Of a DNA stretch of 64,000 nt, positions 1-12,920 are shown piece after piece. The stretch comes from the human T2T-CHM13v2.0 reference genome, Homo sapiens, in NCBI RefSeq assembly GCF_009914755.1, contig NC_060935.1; one strand, written 5' to 3'. Made by a program: the position numbers and the translations under genes. Numbering within the stretch: the first letter of the stretch is position 1; every line of letters starts with the position of its first letter. The notes beneath the pieces were generated by a model. The model was not told where the DNA came from. It was given only the letters and a program-made list of their open reading frames with translations, and ran no database searches.

Positions 1-471
1 ATGTATGTTTCAAGTTTTCAAAATGTTTGATATATCAAAGATGGTTTTTGTCCTGGTCCCTGCGTTCTGACTGGAGACACTTTGCTTTGTTGGGTAGCCA
101 AATGCTGCCTCCTTTTGAAGCAGCAGGTGAGCCAATGACAAATGTAATGGGGAGTGGGGCAGAGATGCTCTAAGAATGGAGGGACCTGGGACTGGACATC
201 TGGCTTGTGAGTCCAAGTTCATTCCCGATGTCTTTTCCTGTATGAAAAAGCCAAGCACCTCAAATTAAGGTTCCAGAAGCAGCCAACCTGTAGTTTTAAC
301 AGCATGATTGACCTTGTCTGCATTGCCAGTTCAATCTACCTTGAGGAAGAATACTAAATAGAGTTTGCCCATGGTCAACTCAGGAACTAGAGGTGGGAGG
401 TTAGAAGGCACTGCAATTACTGCCATTGCTGATTTCTCCTCAGTCCACTACACTCTAGGCAGCATGCACTG

Positions 472-710
472 GGCAGTTTGGTGTAGTGGTTCAGATTATG
501 GGCTCTGAAGCCACACTGCCTGAATTCAAGTCCCAGCAGTGCTCTTATTAACAGCTGTGTGGTTTTGACCTAGTTATTTAAATTCCATGTGCTTCAATTT
601 CTCTGATGTAAAATGGTGGTTACAATATCTCTACTTCACAGTATTGTGAGGGTTAAATAATTAACATGGGTAAGATACCTGTTTGATAGTGAGCAGTGTA
701 GAAACTTAGT
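472..710 (+). mobile_element. MIR SINE
   Basis: MIR head (gtgtagtggtt...gggctctgaagcc) and core (gctgtgtg...tgtaaaatgg...ttgtgagggttaaat). Confidence 0.75.
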
Positions 711-1401
711 CTCAAATACCCTGTAATGAGTCTTTTCGTTTATTTGTTTAGTACCTGGTACTAAAGAGGACCTAATTCAAATGAATCGTGTAGTTGACAA
801 GCAGGAACTGAAATAAGTTCCCTGTAAATTATTTACGTAACTTGGATGGGAGGTCAGCTGGTCCCTTGGTCTTGGGCTCCTGTACCCACATGAGCAATCT
901 CTGTTTTTGCCTTGCAACAGTCCACAGCTAGGGTTAAGTTATCTGGAAAGAATCTCCCCACACATCAGTAAAGTGGACTTGGCTCACAATAAGCTGGTGA
1001 GGTCTGAGGAGGGGGTGAGGGGACGTATATTGCACATACTTCAACACACACGTACATGCACCTGCACATCCCTGCAAACCACTTTCACAACTTTCAGGAT
1101 TTCTTCTCTCCAAAGTCCCACTTGGCTATGTTTTAAGGGTTCCCCTTGATGCCCTTTGCTCCATAGCAGCCTCCAGTGTTGTTTTTGCTCTGCCTCTGGG
1201 GAACTTCAAATTCCTTACTCTTTTTAGTAAGCGGAGCTGTTTAGCTCTGTCCCTGCTCTGACCCTCAATATTACTCCATCATACACATCGCAGCCCAACG
1301 TCTTCAACTAGATTCATTGATGTATGAAGACGGCGCTTTCCTTAAGGTGTCTCAAAGCACTTTGCAGACATCCAAATGTCCATTCCCCATTTAAGTGCCT
1401 G

Positions 1402-1575
1402 CTCTGTTGTTCACTATCTATGTGACCTTGGGTGAGTTATTTCACCTCTCTGAGTCTCAGGTCACTCAACTGAAAAATGAAGATAATGCAAGGACTGTGG
1501 AGGTTGCTAGGAAGAAGTGAAATCATGACTGCAAAACATAGAACAGCGCCTGGTGTCTAATAGCATCACAATGTA
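1402..1575 (+). mobile_element. MIR SINE fragment
   Basis: Core tgtgaccttgggtgagttatttcacctctctgagtctcag. Confidence 0.75.
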
Positions 1576-1719
1576 TGCTTTTTGTATAACTATATAGCAG
1601 AATCCTTCATCTAAGTTGGATTTCTCACAGTAGAAAATGGGCATTGACAACTTTTTATGATGTGTGTATAAGGACTATAGGGCACAAAGGAGTGAACAGG
1701 GCTATCTAGACGGCAATAG

Positions 1720-1885
1720 GAACTTTTGCAAGTTACTTAATCACTACACATTAGTCTCCTCCATTGTAAAATGGGGATAGTAATCATACTTATTTATGAC
1801 TGTCGGGGAGATGAAATGAGATACTGCATGCAAAAACAGAGTCTAGTCCAATGTAAGAATTTAGAAAAGCATAGCTATTATTATT
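1720..1885 (+). mobile_element. MIR SINE fragment
   Basis: gcaagttacttaa...tgtaaaatggggatagtaat...atgaaatgagata. Confidence 0.7.
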
Positions 1886-2679
1886 AAAAGCATATGTTTT
1901 TAATTGAACTATTAGGATAAGAAAGCATATTTGCCTCCTTTCCTGATGTATTTTGTATTTTGATTTGATGTATAGATGTATTTTGGAAATCCCGATGTTA
2001 TTTTGCTGAAGGCTTTAGTCAAGACAGAAGTTATTTAAGCTGATAGCTTTGGCTTTAGAAGTATTAAATCACTACACAGTCCATAAACTTACTAATAATT
2101 GTCTCTTGATATTTCATTTGAAAATCTGAACTTCTTTTTGGGCTGTTAGCTTTGTAGTAATTTCCTTTCATCAGTGACACATTAGAATTAATCTGGAGTA
2201 TAAGAGAATAGTTCAGTACTCTTGACCAGTGTTCCCTTTGATTTTGTATAAACTGTGAGCAATTGGCCATATTCCACAAGCAACTAGTTATGAAGGTGGA
2301 ATATGCATGAGCAGACTTTAGTGTTGAGATCAAATAAAGCTTGCAGCAAATTTAATGTGATGTTGTAAAGGATATGCAAAAACCAATATTGTGCTGTGTG
2401 ATAATTAGACATAAACGCAGTTCACACAGATGAGTGTAGGTGCCTTCCCTGAAACAAGCCCTTCTAGGATTAGCTACCTAAGAAGTGGGTGGGCCTGTTA
2501 GGAGCAGAAAACAGCTTTGGAGCCCCTCAGAATTCTTCTGAACTAAGAGCCTCCAGATGTCTGTTCATGGAGATGGAGCCTGGGTGACCAGGAGGCTTAT
2601 CGGGACCAGGACATGACAAAATCAACCTCCTCCTGATTGTTATAGGGGATTGACTGAGGGGAAGTGTATTAGTCTAGGA

Positions 2680-3625
2680 CAGGAATCAGCAAACTTTTTT
2701 ATGAAGGGCGAGATAGAAAATAATTTAGGCACCGAGGGCCATATGGTCTGTGTTGCAGTTACTCAACACTGCCATTGTAGGGCAAAAGCAGCAATAAAGG
2801 ATACAAACGGGTCTGGCTGTGTTCCAATAAAACTTTATAGAAACAGGTGATCTGCTGGACATGGCTGTGGTTTGCCAGCTCCTTCTTTAACCATCTGATG
2901 GGTTCACCTTGCCCACTGCCTAGACAGAGCTGATTTATCAAGACAGGGGAATTGCAATGGAGAAAGAGTAATTCATGCAGAACCAGCTGTGCAGGAGACC
3001 AAGGTTTTATTATTACTCAAATCAGTCTCCCAGAGCATTTGGGGATGGGATTTTTTAAAGAGAATTTAGCAAGTAGGGGCTTGGGAAGTGGGAAGTGCTG
3101 ATTGGTGAGGTTGGAAATGGAAGCATAGAGGGGGTTGAAATGAGGTTTTCTTGCTGTCTTCTGTTCCTGGGTCAGATCACAGAACTGGTTGAGCCAGATT
3201 ACCGGTCTGGGTGGTGTCAGCTGATCCATCCAGTGCAGGGTCTGCAAAATATCTCAAGCACTGATCTTAGGTTTTACAATAGTGATGTTATCCCTAGGAG
3301 CAATTTGGGAAGGGTCAGACTCTTGCATCCAGAGGCTGCATGACCCCTAAAACATAATTTCTAATTTTGTAGCTAATTTGTTAGTCCTACAAAGGCAGAC
3401 TGATCCCCAGGCAAGAAGGGGGTCTTTTTGGGAAAGGGTTACTATCAATTTTGTTTCAGAGTAAAACTATAAACTAAATTCCTTCCTAAGGTTAGCTCAG
3501 CTTATGCCTAGGAATGAACAAGGACAGCTTAAATGTTAGGAGCAAGATGGAGTCAATTAGGTCTGATCTTTTTCACTGTCATAATTTCCTCAGTTATAAT
3601 CTGTACAGAGGTGGCTTCACTCCTA
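2680..3625 (+). mobile_element. MER58A hAT-Charlie element, split near its right end by LTR8
   Basis: caggaatcagcaaac...ggctgtgttccaataaaacttta...gtttgcc; last bases resume at 3620-3625; 8-bp TSD-like gtctagga (2672-2679) / gtctagac (3626-3633). Confidence 0.8.
2886..3619 (-). mobile_element. LTR8-family (ERV1) solo LTR
   Basis: Minus strand begins TGAAGCCACCTCTGTACAGATTATAACTGAGGAAATTATGACAGTGAAAAAGATCAGACC, as in recalled LTR8/LTR8A; ~735 bp; flanks cttc/ctcc. Confidence 0.85.
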
Positions 3626-3849
3626 GTCTAGACTAAGGCTCTGAATGGGAAACTGGAGGAGAACCCAAACCAACACTTTCCAGAAAAGGCTAGCATCTGG
3701 GTTGATGAATGAAATAAGGCCATGGGAAGTCGGAGCACAGGGAAGCTTCAAACGTTCTTCTCTCTTCTCCGCCTTTACAGGGCTTGTCTGCCTTAGTGAG
3801 GGCAACCAGCTGGAGAGGTAGTAAGGAATGGATAAGCGTCTTAACACTG

Positions 3850-4015
3850 ACTGGGGTCAGGCTTAAACCCCAGCTCTCTCTCAATTTAGCTGTGTGATCT
3901 TGGGCAAGTTATTCTGCCTCTCTGAGCCTATCCATACAATGGGGTTCATAGAACCTGTCTAGTAGAATTGTGAGGATCAAATGAACTTTGCTATGTAAAC
4001 TGTTTAGCATGCACC
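3850..4015 (+). mobile_element. MIR SINE
   Basis: tagctgtgtgatcttgggcaagttat...ctctctgagcct...gtgaggatcaaatga. Confidence 0.8.
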
Positions 4016-4164
4016 AAATGGTAGAGATAGTGTGTCTGTATACTGTATTTTATGGACAATTTAAGGAAGGTTCAAGGTCTTTTGGAGATTTGTCGCTTTT
4101 CCTACAGACTTTAAATTGCAACTCCCCATAAGTTGAGTTTGTGTTCGGAGTTATTTGACTAGTT

Positions 4165-4545
4165 CCATAATATGCCTAGGAGTAGAATTGTTGGTTCAGC
4201 TTTAGGTTGTCCATGTTCAGCAAGTACTAAACAGCTTAGTAGACACTAGGTAGTTTTTCAAAATGGCTATACCTATTTGCATTTTCATGAGCAGTGTGAT
4301 GTGAGTTCCAGTTGTTCATCATTCTGGTTCCTGGTGGTTTTAATTGGCATCTTCCCAGTGGGTTAATAAGTGTGTGCACTTTTTCATATGCTTATTAGCC
4401 ACCTGAATATCCTGACACTTCTGTGAAATACGTGTTCAAGTGTCAAGTTTTCTTATTGGTTTGTGAAAGTTATTTACATAGTCTAGATATGAGAATTTAG
4501 CTGCTATGGACATTTTCTGATAAACAGAAGTCTCTAATTTTAATA
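4165..4545 (-). mobile_element. Old L1 (L1M) fragment
   Basis: atatgcctaggagtagaattgttgg...gagttccagttgtt...ttttcatatgcttattagcc, typical antisense L1 ORF2 3' region. Confidence 0.6.
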
Positions 4546-4547
4546 TA

Positions 4548-4876
4548 CAGTCATATACCACATAATAACATTTTTGGTCAATGACTGCATATATGATGGT
4601 TGTCCTGTAAGATTATAATGCTATATTTTTACTGTTCCTTTTCTATGTTTACATACACAAATATTTACCATTGTGTTACAATTGCCTACAGTAGTCAGTA
4701 GAGTAATATGCTGTACACGTTTGTAGCCTAGGAGCAATATATACCATATAGCCCAGGTGTGGCAAAGGCTGTACCATCTAGGTTTGTATCAGGTACATTC
4801 TGTGATGTTTGCACAATGATGAAATCACCTAACAACACATTTCTCAGGATGTGTCTCCATTGTTAAGTGCCTGACT
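4548..4876 (+). mobile_element. Tigger3a (MER7A) non-autonomous DNA transposon
   Basis: TA|cagtcatataccacataataac...ccattgtgttacaattgcctacagta...gtttgtagcctaggagcaata...ttaagtg. Confidence 0.8.
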
Positions 4877-5854
4877 AGGGTTCTATTTACCTATCTTTGC
4901 TTTACTTTTTTAAGTCAATAATTTAAATGAATTATTTGGTACTATTTACACCATATTGCTTGTAACACTTCCCACTAATATCTACTAGTTGCGAACCATT
5001 GGATTCATTGGCTAATTTCCTTCCAACCCTGAAACTTGGTGAATCTGCGAAGTCCTGCCAGTTGGTGTTCGTTTGGGCTCATTTTCAACATGCCTGAGAG
5101 GGATGGATATGTGGAGCTACTGTTAGCTATGAATCACGATGGACATTTTGATGTAATTCAGTTTAATCTATTTGCTTGTCTAGCATCTAACTAAAAGTGC
5201 AAGTGGTTGGTGCAGAAAAGAAAAGGAGGAAATTTTGGAGTGCACAAATTTGTGCTAGGATAGGATTTCAGGGGAAAGGTTAGGTAGTGTAGGGAGACGG
5301 AGATTTGAGCAGCCATGGAGTATAGCCAAGGAAGGATCCTGGATATCTGGAAAAGTGAAGAGAAATTGAGAGAAAGTTGGATCACAGGACAGGTGAGAGA
5401 GAAGGGAAATGGGAAGGAAAGGCCAAAAAGAAGGTTTCAATTATGTGGCAAATGTCAGAGGCTTAAACGTAACAAAGGAAGCTGTTCATGAGAGCTTGGC
5501 CTGATGAGAACTGATTTCCTTGACTTTTCTCGATTTTTTACTAGAAAGGTCCTAATACTAAATCACATATCAAGGCTTTCTTTAATAATAGAATCCATTA
5601 ATACTCATCACTTTTTTCTCTCCTGATTGGGAATAAAATGGATTATTAACTGTTGAGTAGGCACTGTATGAAATAAAGGGGATAAAGGAAATTTAGGAGC
5701 AGAAGCAAGCACTCTGAGCTCCTGCAGTTAATCGTGATTGGCTTAAAGCAATCAGCAAGTCTCATCCCTGGGACCACAGTGAAAGGCTGATTAGGACCAG
5801 TGAGGGCCTGGCCCAAGACTTTTATTTGCTGGTGGACAGGATGAAGCTGAGAAG

Positions 5855-6345
5855 ATGTGGTTTGGAGTTGATGCAGTCATCTTATTACCACAGGGAAGAG
5901 CCTGAGAATAGAGCTAACACAAGGAAGAAAGCAGACAGAAGCCAAGAGATGGACGGATTGGGTTTTAGAAATGTCATCTGAGTCCCTTGATCTAGCGGCA
6001 CCTGACTTTTAATCTACCTAAGTCAGGGATTGGCAAACTTTGCCCGTAAAGGGCCAGATAGTAAGGGCTTTAGGCTTTGTGGGTCATGTCGTCTCTATCA
6101 CAGCTACTGGTCTCTACCATTGGAGTACAAAAGCCATGGGTGATACATAAACCAATGGGCTTAGCTGTGTTCCAGTAAAACTACTTACAAAGGCAGGCAG
6201 TTGTGGGGAGGGCTTGGCACAAGAGCAATACTTTGTAGATCCCTCATCTAAGACGACACTAAATTTCCTTTTTTTTTTTTTTGCTTAAGTGTATTTGGCT
6301 TGGGTTTCCTAACACTTGCAACTGAAAAAGGCCTTAAGTGTTATA
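5855..6345 (+). mobile_element. Old MLT1 (MaLR) LTR fragment interrupted by MER58A
   Basis: gagaatagagctaacaca...gaagccaagagatgg...; 3' part gcttaagtgtatttggcttgggttt...acttgcaactgaaa. Confidence 0.55.
6024..6245 (+). mobile_element. MER58A
   Basis: cagggattggcaaac...gtaaagggccagatagtaa...gctgtgttccagtaaaact; flanks acctaagt/atctaaga. Confidence 0.8.
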
Positions 6346-6689
6346 GGTTCTTAGGTTGTGGACAATGGAAATCGATTCCAAATTCCTTGGGGGAAAACAA
6401 AGATTTATTATCAAAATAAAGCATAGACAAATTACAAATTCCCAGGAGAGAAATTTCAATTGTTGTGACTGAAGTCGCATGTCCAGGGGAGGGGGATTTA
6501 CCAGCCCTCTCAAGGCCGCACGCAGGAGGAAAGAGGTTGTTTCTGTAGGGAAAATTAGGGGACTCTATTAAGACAAACAGGTACTGGAGGCTGGATCTAC
6601 TCCATTAAGACAGGAAAAAGTTCCCATATCAAGTGTATTCAGCAGGTGCCCTGCAAATGCAGTTCATCAAAGGCAGTCTTGTGTATTAG

Positions 6690-7079
<390 letters not shown>

Positions 7080-7124
7080 TAATCTCTGAGACGACGCTCT
7101 GTGCCCTGTGGCTTATCTTTTTGT

Positions 7125-7515
7125 ATAATTACTAGCTAGCTGTGGGACCTCCCTCATGTTACATAATGTCTGTGAGTGTTAATTTCCTCATCTGCTGTAA
7201 GCCCTACCTGGTAAGGTGGTGTACGGATTAGAGCTATGCATGCTACTTGCTTAGAAAGGCAGAGTGTGAACTGGTATAGAGTAGGTGTTTCAGAGTTAGA
7301 TGATCAGGACTCAATCTTTGTTTAGTCTTTTTCTTACTGTGCAACATTAAACAAATTATTTAAATTCTTGGAATCTTTGTTTCCTCATCTGTAAAATGAG
7401 GATATTTATAGAACCCTCTTGAGATTGTTGTGTGGATTAAATGAGATACTGCATATAATATGCTTAGTACATGGCTTGGCATGTGGTACTCTGTAAAGAG
7501 AAATTGTTATTACTT
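7125..7515 (+). mobile_element. Two MIR fragments
   Basis: tttcctcatctg cores at ~7185 and ~7380, followed by ggattaaatgagata. Confidence 0.7.
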
Positions 7516-7711
7516 GTAATGATTTAATTGGTTTCTAGAAATAGGCTCCTGTTAGAAAGAAAGTTTCTCCTATTTTTTACAGTTCTTATTATGGAATTTT
7601 AAAAAATAATTCTTTGAGTTTTGATGTTGTTGTTTGCTTTTAGTTATTTCTGTAAAGTTAAAAAAGTAACAGAGGCCTATTTTAAAAATATTTTATTTTC
7701 TAACCATTATA

Positions 7712-8220
7712 GTAGGATGCATTCAGTTATAACAACAGGCTTAAGAAAGAAAAGGTATTTATTGGCCCATGTAATTTGCTGCGCTTAATACAGCACTCAA
7801 TAATGTCCTCAGATTGTTTTCTTCCTCTCTGCACTCTGCCTTCTGTAGGGATCATTTCCTGGTAATATAGTCTCAACTCATGATCACAAGATGGTTGCCA
7901 GTAGACCCAGGGCCTGCCTGCTTCCTCCTCCAGATCCTGTAGAAAGAGTAAAGGGGCTCTCTCAGTAGCTTTTTCAGAAAAGCAAGAAAGTTTCTTTTCC
8001 ATGAGCTTCTAGCATATGTCCTCTCAAGGCTCATTTGCCCAGGTTAGGTCATGAATCCACTGCAGAAAGAAATTGTGTCCCTAGAGGTTGGGCATCAACT
8101 AACATGTCTAAAAGGACCTGGACCCATCTCTGAAGCTGGCTGGCAGTGCCCATACAGCATGCCTGAGAATACAGAAGCAGCATGCCCTGAAAGAAACAAA
8201 GATTGGCAAAGGTTAGGCAT
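7712..8220 (-). mobile_element. Old MLT1 (J/K-like) LTR
   Basis: taggatgcattcagttataacaacaggcttaa...caagatggttgccag...ctcatttgcccagg. Confidence 0.55.
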
Positions 8221-8272
8221 CAGCGTGGGTTCACCGCCTCTGCTTTAATCCTCCGTGTTGTCGCTAAGTCCC

Positions 8273-8658
8273 TGTATTAATTTGCTGGGGCTGCCACAAC
8301 AAAGGACCACAAGCTGGGTGGTTTAAACAACAGACATTTATTTTCTCACACTGTGGAGTCTAGATGAAGTGCAAGATCAAGGTGCAGCAGGGTTGGTTTC
8401 TTCTGAGGCCTCTTCCTTGGCTAGTAGATGGCCATCTTCTCCCTGTGTCTTCACGGGGCCTTCCCTCTGCAGGTGTCTGTGTCCTAATCTCTTCTCATAA
8501 GGACACCGGTCATATGGGGTTAAAGCCCACTTATTTAATGTCGTTTTATCTTAATTACTTTTTCAAAGCCTCTGTCTCCAAATATGGTCATCTCTGAGGT
8601 TCCTGGGACTTAGGACTTCAACATATGAGCTTGTGAGGGATGTAATCAACCCATAACA
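8273..8658 (-). mobile_element. MLT1B-like MaLR solo LTR
   Basis: tgtattaatttgctggggctgcc...aacccataaca; TG...CA ends; 5-bp TSD gtccc/gtctc. Confidence 0.85.
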
Positions 8659-9318
8659 GTCTCCCCAGCCCTCAGGTCTACTCCTCAGAATCACTATTTT
8701 GAACAGTTTGTACATATCTATAATTCTTAATTGTTTCAAAAATGTTCTTTGAAATGAACCTACATTGACTGCTTCAGAGATTAAGGCAGCTCTTTTATCA
8801 ATGAAATTATCTCAGCAGTCAGAAAATCTTCTGTGTGCCTGACAGTTTTTCCCTAGAAAGGGCTTAAAGTAGATGTTACCAGTAATTCAGGGTATCTACT
8901 TTTTTAAAGTATCTCAGTAAAATATCTCCAACAATATGTACACCATAAATTCTTGGTGAGCCTCCCAAAATGAATTTTATAATATATACAACACCAGAAA
9001 ACAGAATGATTTATGGTTTAGAGTGAACTGTTGTAGATATTGTTTTTATCTGCCTACCGTACTTTGGTCATACCATTTCTTTTGGTTTCTTTGGGGAATT
9101 CTTTCTCTAGTCCATGTTATTTTTGAATATTTGACAGTCAAATCATTGTGCACCACCACCCACCTCTGGCCTCATCACAGGGTTGAGTATGTGATCCAGA
9201 CTAAACAAACTATAGTACTGCATCTTTGGGACACCAAAGATAAGTTAAAGGGCTAGGCACATAACCTGAGGCAGCCCTTGCCCAGGTGTTATGAATTGCT
9301 GGGGAAGAGTAGGCCCCC

Positions 9319-9720
9319 TGTTGTGGATTGGATTGTTACCCACAAAAGATACGGTGAAGACCTAACCCCTCATACCTATGAATGTGACCTTATTTGGGTC
9401 TTAATCCAATATGACTGGAGTCCTTATAAAAAGAGAAGAGGCACAGGGACCGAGGAGGAAAATGTCGTGGGAGGTTGGAAGCAGAAACTCAAGTGATCAT
9501 TAAGGCAAGTGGCATCTACAAGCCAAGGAATGCAAGGATCGCTGGCGACGACACCAGAAGCTAAGAGAAAGGCATGAACTAGATTCTTCTCTAGAGCATA
9601 TCCCTGTGCACACCTTGATTTCAGTGTTCCAGCCCCCATAACTGACAGAGGAGAAATTTTGTTTTTTTTAAGCCACCCAGTCTGTGGTACTTTGTTGCAG
9701 AAGCCCCAGGACACTGATGC
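9319..9720 (+). mobile_element. MLT1C-like MaLR LTR, apparently inside an older LTR (~9030-9930)
   Basis: tgttgtggattggattg...tgaatgtgaccttatttgg...caagccaaggaatgc...aagccacccagtctgtggtactttgtt. Confidence 0.8.
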
Positions 9721-10329
9721 CCCTCCCATTCTCTTGGATAGAAGTTGTCAGAAGCTAAGGATTCTGGGTGGCTACCATCCACAGCCCACGGAGAAAGGAT
9801 AAGGCCAAAACAAAGAGATAAAGAGTGGTGAGAGGTAGACTAGTAGGAAGTGGGTTCTCGTATCATTGAGTCCCTGTTCTACTATATTGGCCTGGTTCCC
9901 ATAGCAATTCTTTATTGTGTTACCTGTTACCGACCTCAGAGCTTTCCAACCAGGGTGCCAAAGGTAGCAGGGTTGAGCATCAACTTGGGTTCATCGTCTC
10001 TGCTTTAGTCCTCTGTGTGTTGGTTCCTTCAGCCTGGTAGCCAGGCTGGGCTGAAGCAGGCATGCTGCCTCCAACTGCAACCAGAGTTGAGCCGATTTAA
10101 GATGACTCCTGTGGGCTCTTATACATATTATCATTTTCTGTGTGTGCCATGACATGAAAAACCTGTCTTCACAGCCTTCCAGTGGTATGAAACATACGTT
10201 TCTGTTTTTTGCTGACACTATTTTGATTTGACTTTCTATCACTTGGATTTAAAAGTGTCCTGGTTAATTTTGAATCATTAGCTATAAATCTGTTAAGCAT
10301 TGGGAGAAGGCCTACTAAAAATTATTTGA

Positions 10330-10476
10330 AGGTTGTGAGCACCAGTAATCCCAGTTACTTGGAAAGCTGATGCAGAAAGATTGCTTCAGTTTAGGGAGTT
10401 TGACACTGCAGTGAGCTATGATTATGCCACTGCACTCCAGCCTGGGCAACATAGCAAGACTCTGTCTTTTAAAAAA
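10330..10476 (+). mobile_element. Old Alu right monomer (AluJ/FRAM-like)
   Basis: taatcccagttacttgg...gcagtgagctatgatt..gccactgcactccagcctgggcaac. Confidence 0.8.
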
Positions 10477-10477
10477 T

Positions 10478-11185
10478 TGAGCTAAAATTTAAAAGACTAA
10501 TAATACCGTGTATTGGCAAGGATGTGGAACAACTGGAAGTCTCTTACATTGTTAGTAGGAATATAAAATGGTGCTACTTTGGAAAGCTATTTGGCAGTTA
10601 TTATAATTAACCATTTATTTCACTCCTAGGTATATACCCAAGAGAAATGGGTGTATATGTTCACAAAAGACTTAACAAAGTTACTAGAAAAGTGATTCCT
10701 AATAGTCCCTAACTTGAAACAGCTCAAATGCCTCAGTAACAAGATAATGAATAAATTATGACATAATTAGATAATTAAATTCTATACAGTTAGTACAAAA
10801 GAATGGATCACTAGAACACACAAGAATATAGATGAATTACAAACACTGTGCTGTGTTCCAGAAGCCAGACCCAAAAAATATATACTGCATCATTCAATTT
10901 AGATAATGTTAAAGAACAGTACAAATCTGACAATATTTATAGATGTCAAAATAGTGGTTAATTCTAAGTGAAGGCAATAGACTGGAAATGTATGTAAGAA
11001 AACAGGAGGTGCTGGAAACGCTCTATATCTTGATGTGGGTAGTGGTAACATCTGGGTGTGTACATATGTAAAAAAACCACTAGGTTGGGCACTTGAAATT
11101 AGTGTACTTTACTGCAAATAAAAAAAAATTGTAAGAATAAATACACCTACTATGTATCCACAAAAATTAAAAACAATTTTTTAAA
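10478..11185 (+). mobile_element. Old L1 (L1M) 3' region
   Basis: ttggcaaggatgtggaacaactgga...cactcctaggtatatacccaagagaaatg; A-rich tail. Confidence 0.75.
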
Positions 11186-11559
11186 TTCAAAAAATAGTCA
11201 TTGCCAAAAAATTCTAAGAAAAAGTAGTGCTTTTTGCATTTGTAAAGCATGACATTTAACATTAAGAATTTTAACATATTCTTTTAAAATTAATCTGAAA
11301 ACAAATACATATTTATATTTAGAATTTTAGACAATACTGAAAACTAAAAAGTAGAAAATAAGTCATCTATATTCCCACTATTTAGAGAAAATCATTGTGA
11401 CTTTCAAGGTATATCTTTTCATTCTCTTAATAAGATCTTTTTATTTTCTTAATTTTAGTGAAAGTCTGACTGTAGGGTGCCAATTATTTTGTAATCTTTC
11501 TAAAAACCCATTTTGTACATTTTTATATTAGTATTTTTCAACAGCATTTTTCATGATGA

Positions 11560-12340
11560 TGTTACCAGGGGTCCTTGCTCCCAGAGCTCCCAAGATGATG
11601 GTGGGCTGCTTCCAAAATGGCGGCAGGTCGCTTCCAACATGGTGGCAAGCCTCGTGTTCTCTGACCTGGGGTTCTTGGCCTCACGGATTCCAAAGAATGG
11701 AATCTTGGGCCATGCGGTGAGTTTTATAGCTCTATTAGAAGCCATGGGTCACGGAAGAGAACCGTGGAACCCAGTGACAAGTGTTCAGCTCGATTACGAC
11801 CAACCCGGGCACTTAACCGTGCAGGAATGATGGCAAGCCTTTAGCCCGATTTGGAGCAGCAATGGGCGCCTCACTGGATCAGGAGCACAGCGGACACCCT
11901 GCTGGATCTGGAGGGTTGGAAGTCAGCGGCAGGTCTGCCACGGTAGCAAACGGCAGTGGTGGACGGGGAGCGAAAGCTCAGCTCGAGCAGTAACAAACAT
12001 GGACCAGAAGACAGTGCAGTTGCAAGATTTAATAGAGTGAAAACAGAGCTCCCATACAAAGGGAGGGGACCCAAAGAGGGTAGCCGTTGCTGGCTTGAAT
12101 GCCTGGGTTTATATCCTGATCATTGTCCCTGGCGCTGTGCTCTCAGGCAATAGATGATTGGCTATTTCTTTACCTCCTGTTTTTGCCTAATTAGCATTTT
12201 AGTGAGCTGTCTCTACTATCTGATTGGTCGGGTGTGAGCTGAGTTGCAAGCCCCCTGTTTAAAGGTGGATGCCCTCACCTTCCCAGCTAGGCTTAGGGAT
12301 TCTTAGTCGGCCTGGGAAATCCAGCTACTCCTGTCTCTCG
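11560..12340 (-). mobile_element. HERV-W solo LTR (LTR17), full length
   Basis: Minus strand CGAGAGACAGGAGTAGCTGGATTTCCCAGGCCGACTAAGAATCCCTAAGCCTAGCTGGGAAGG...; 781 bp; 4-bp TSD ATGA at 11556-11559 and 12341-12344. Confidence 0.92.
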
Positions 12341-12399
12341 ATGATGTAATACACCAACATAGTCTTTTTCTATAAGTTAAACTAATTTTTATTGATGGC

Positions 12400-12883
12400 A
12401 ATTACCGTTGTTTTTCATGTTCTGACATTCTAAACTCCTCCAGGACAAATATCCTTTCAGTAATCTTTACACATATCCGGGATTATTTTCTTAGGATAGA
12501 TTCCTGTGAGTCAGTTGTTGGTCTGCAAAAATGCTGAGGTTTTGTTTGTTTGTTTTTTATTAAGCGGTAAACATTTTTATTATTTTTGGTGAGTATTTCA
12601 AATTATTTTTCAAAGAATTTGTATTAATTTACACTACCAGCAACAATGTGTGCCTTTTTATTTTACTTTTTTATTATTTAAAATATCAGACATACAAAAT
12701 TAGAATAGTGAACCTCTGCATACCCATCACCCAGCTTTAATAATTATCAGCATTTTTCTGATTTTATTTAATCTGTGTCCCTTCATCCTCCAATATACAC
12801 CTTTTCCTCCCAGGTGTATTTAAAGTAAACTGCAAATGTTATAACTTTTTATCCCTAAACACTTTAGTGTGTCTCCCCAATAG

Positions 12884-12920
<37 letters not shown>

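Noticed and set aside
11513-12153. ORFs overlapping LTR17
   Set aside because: They lie within the non-coding LTR; no gag/pol/env similarity and no internal HERV-W sequence.
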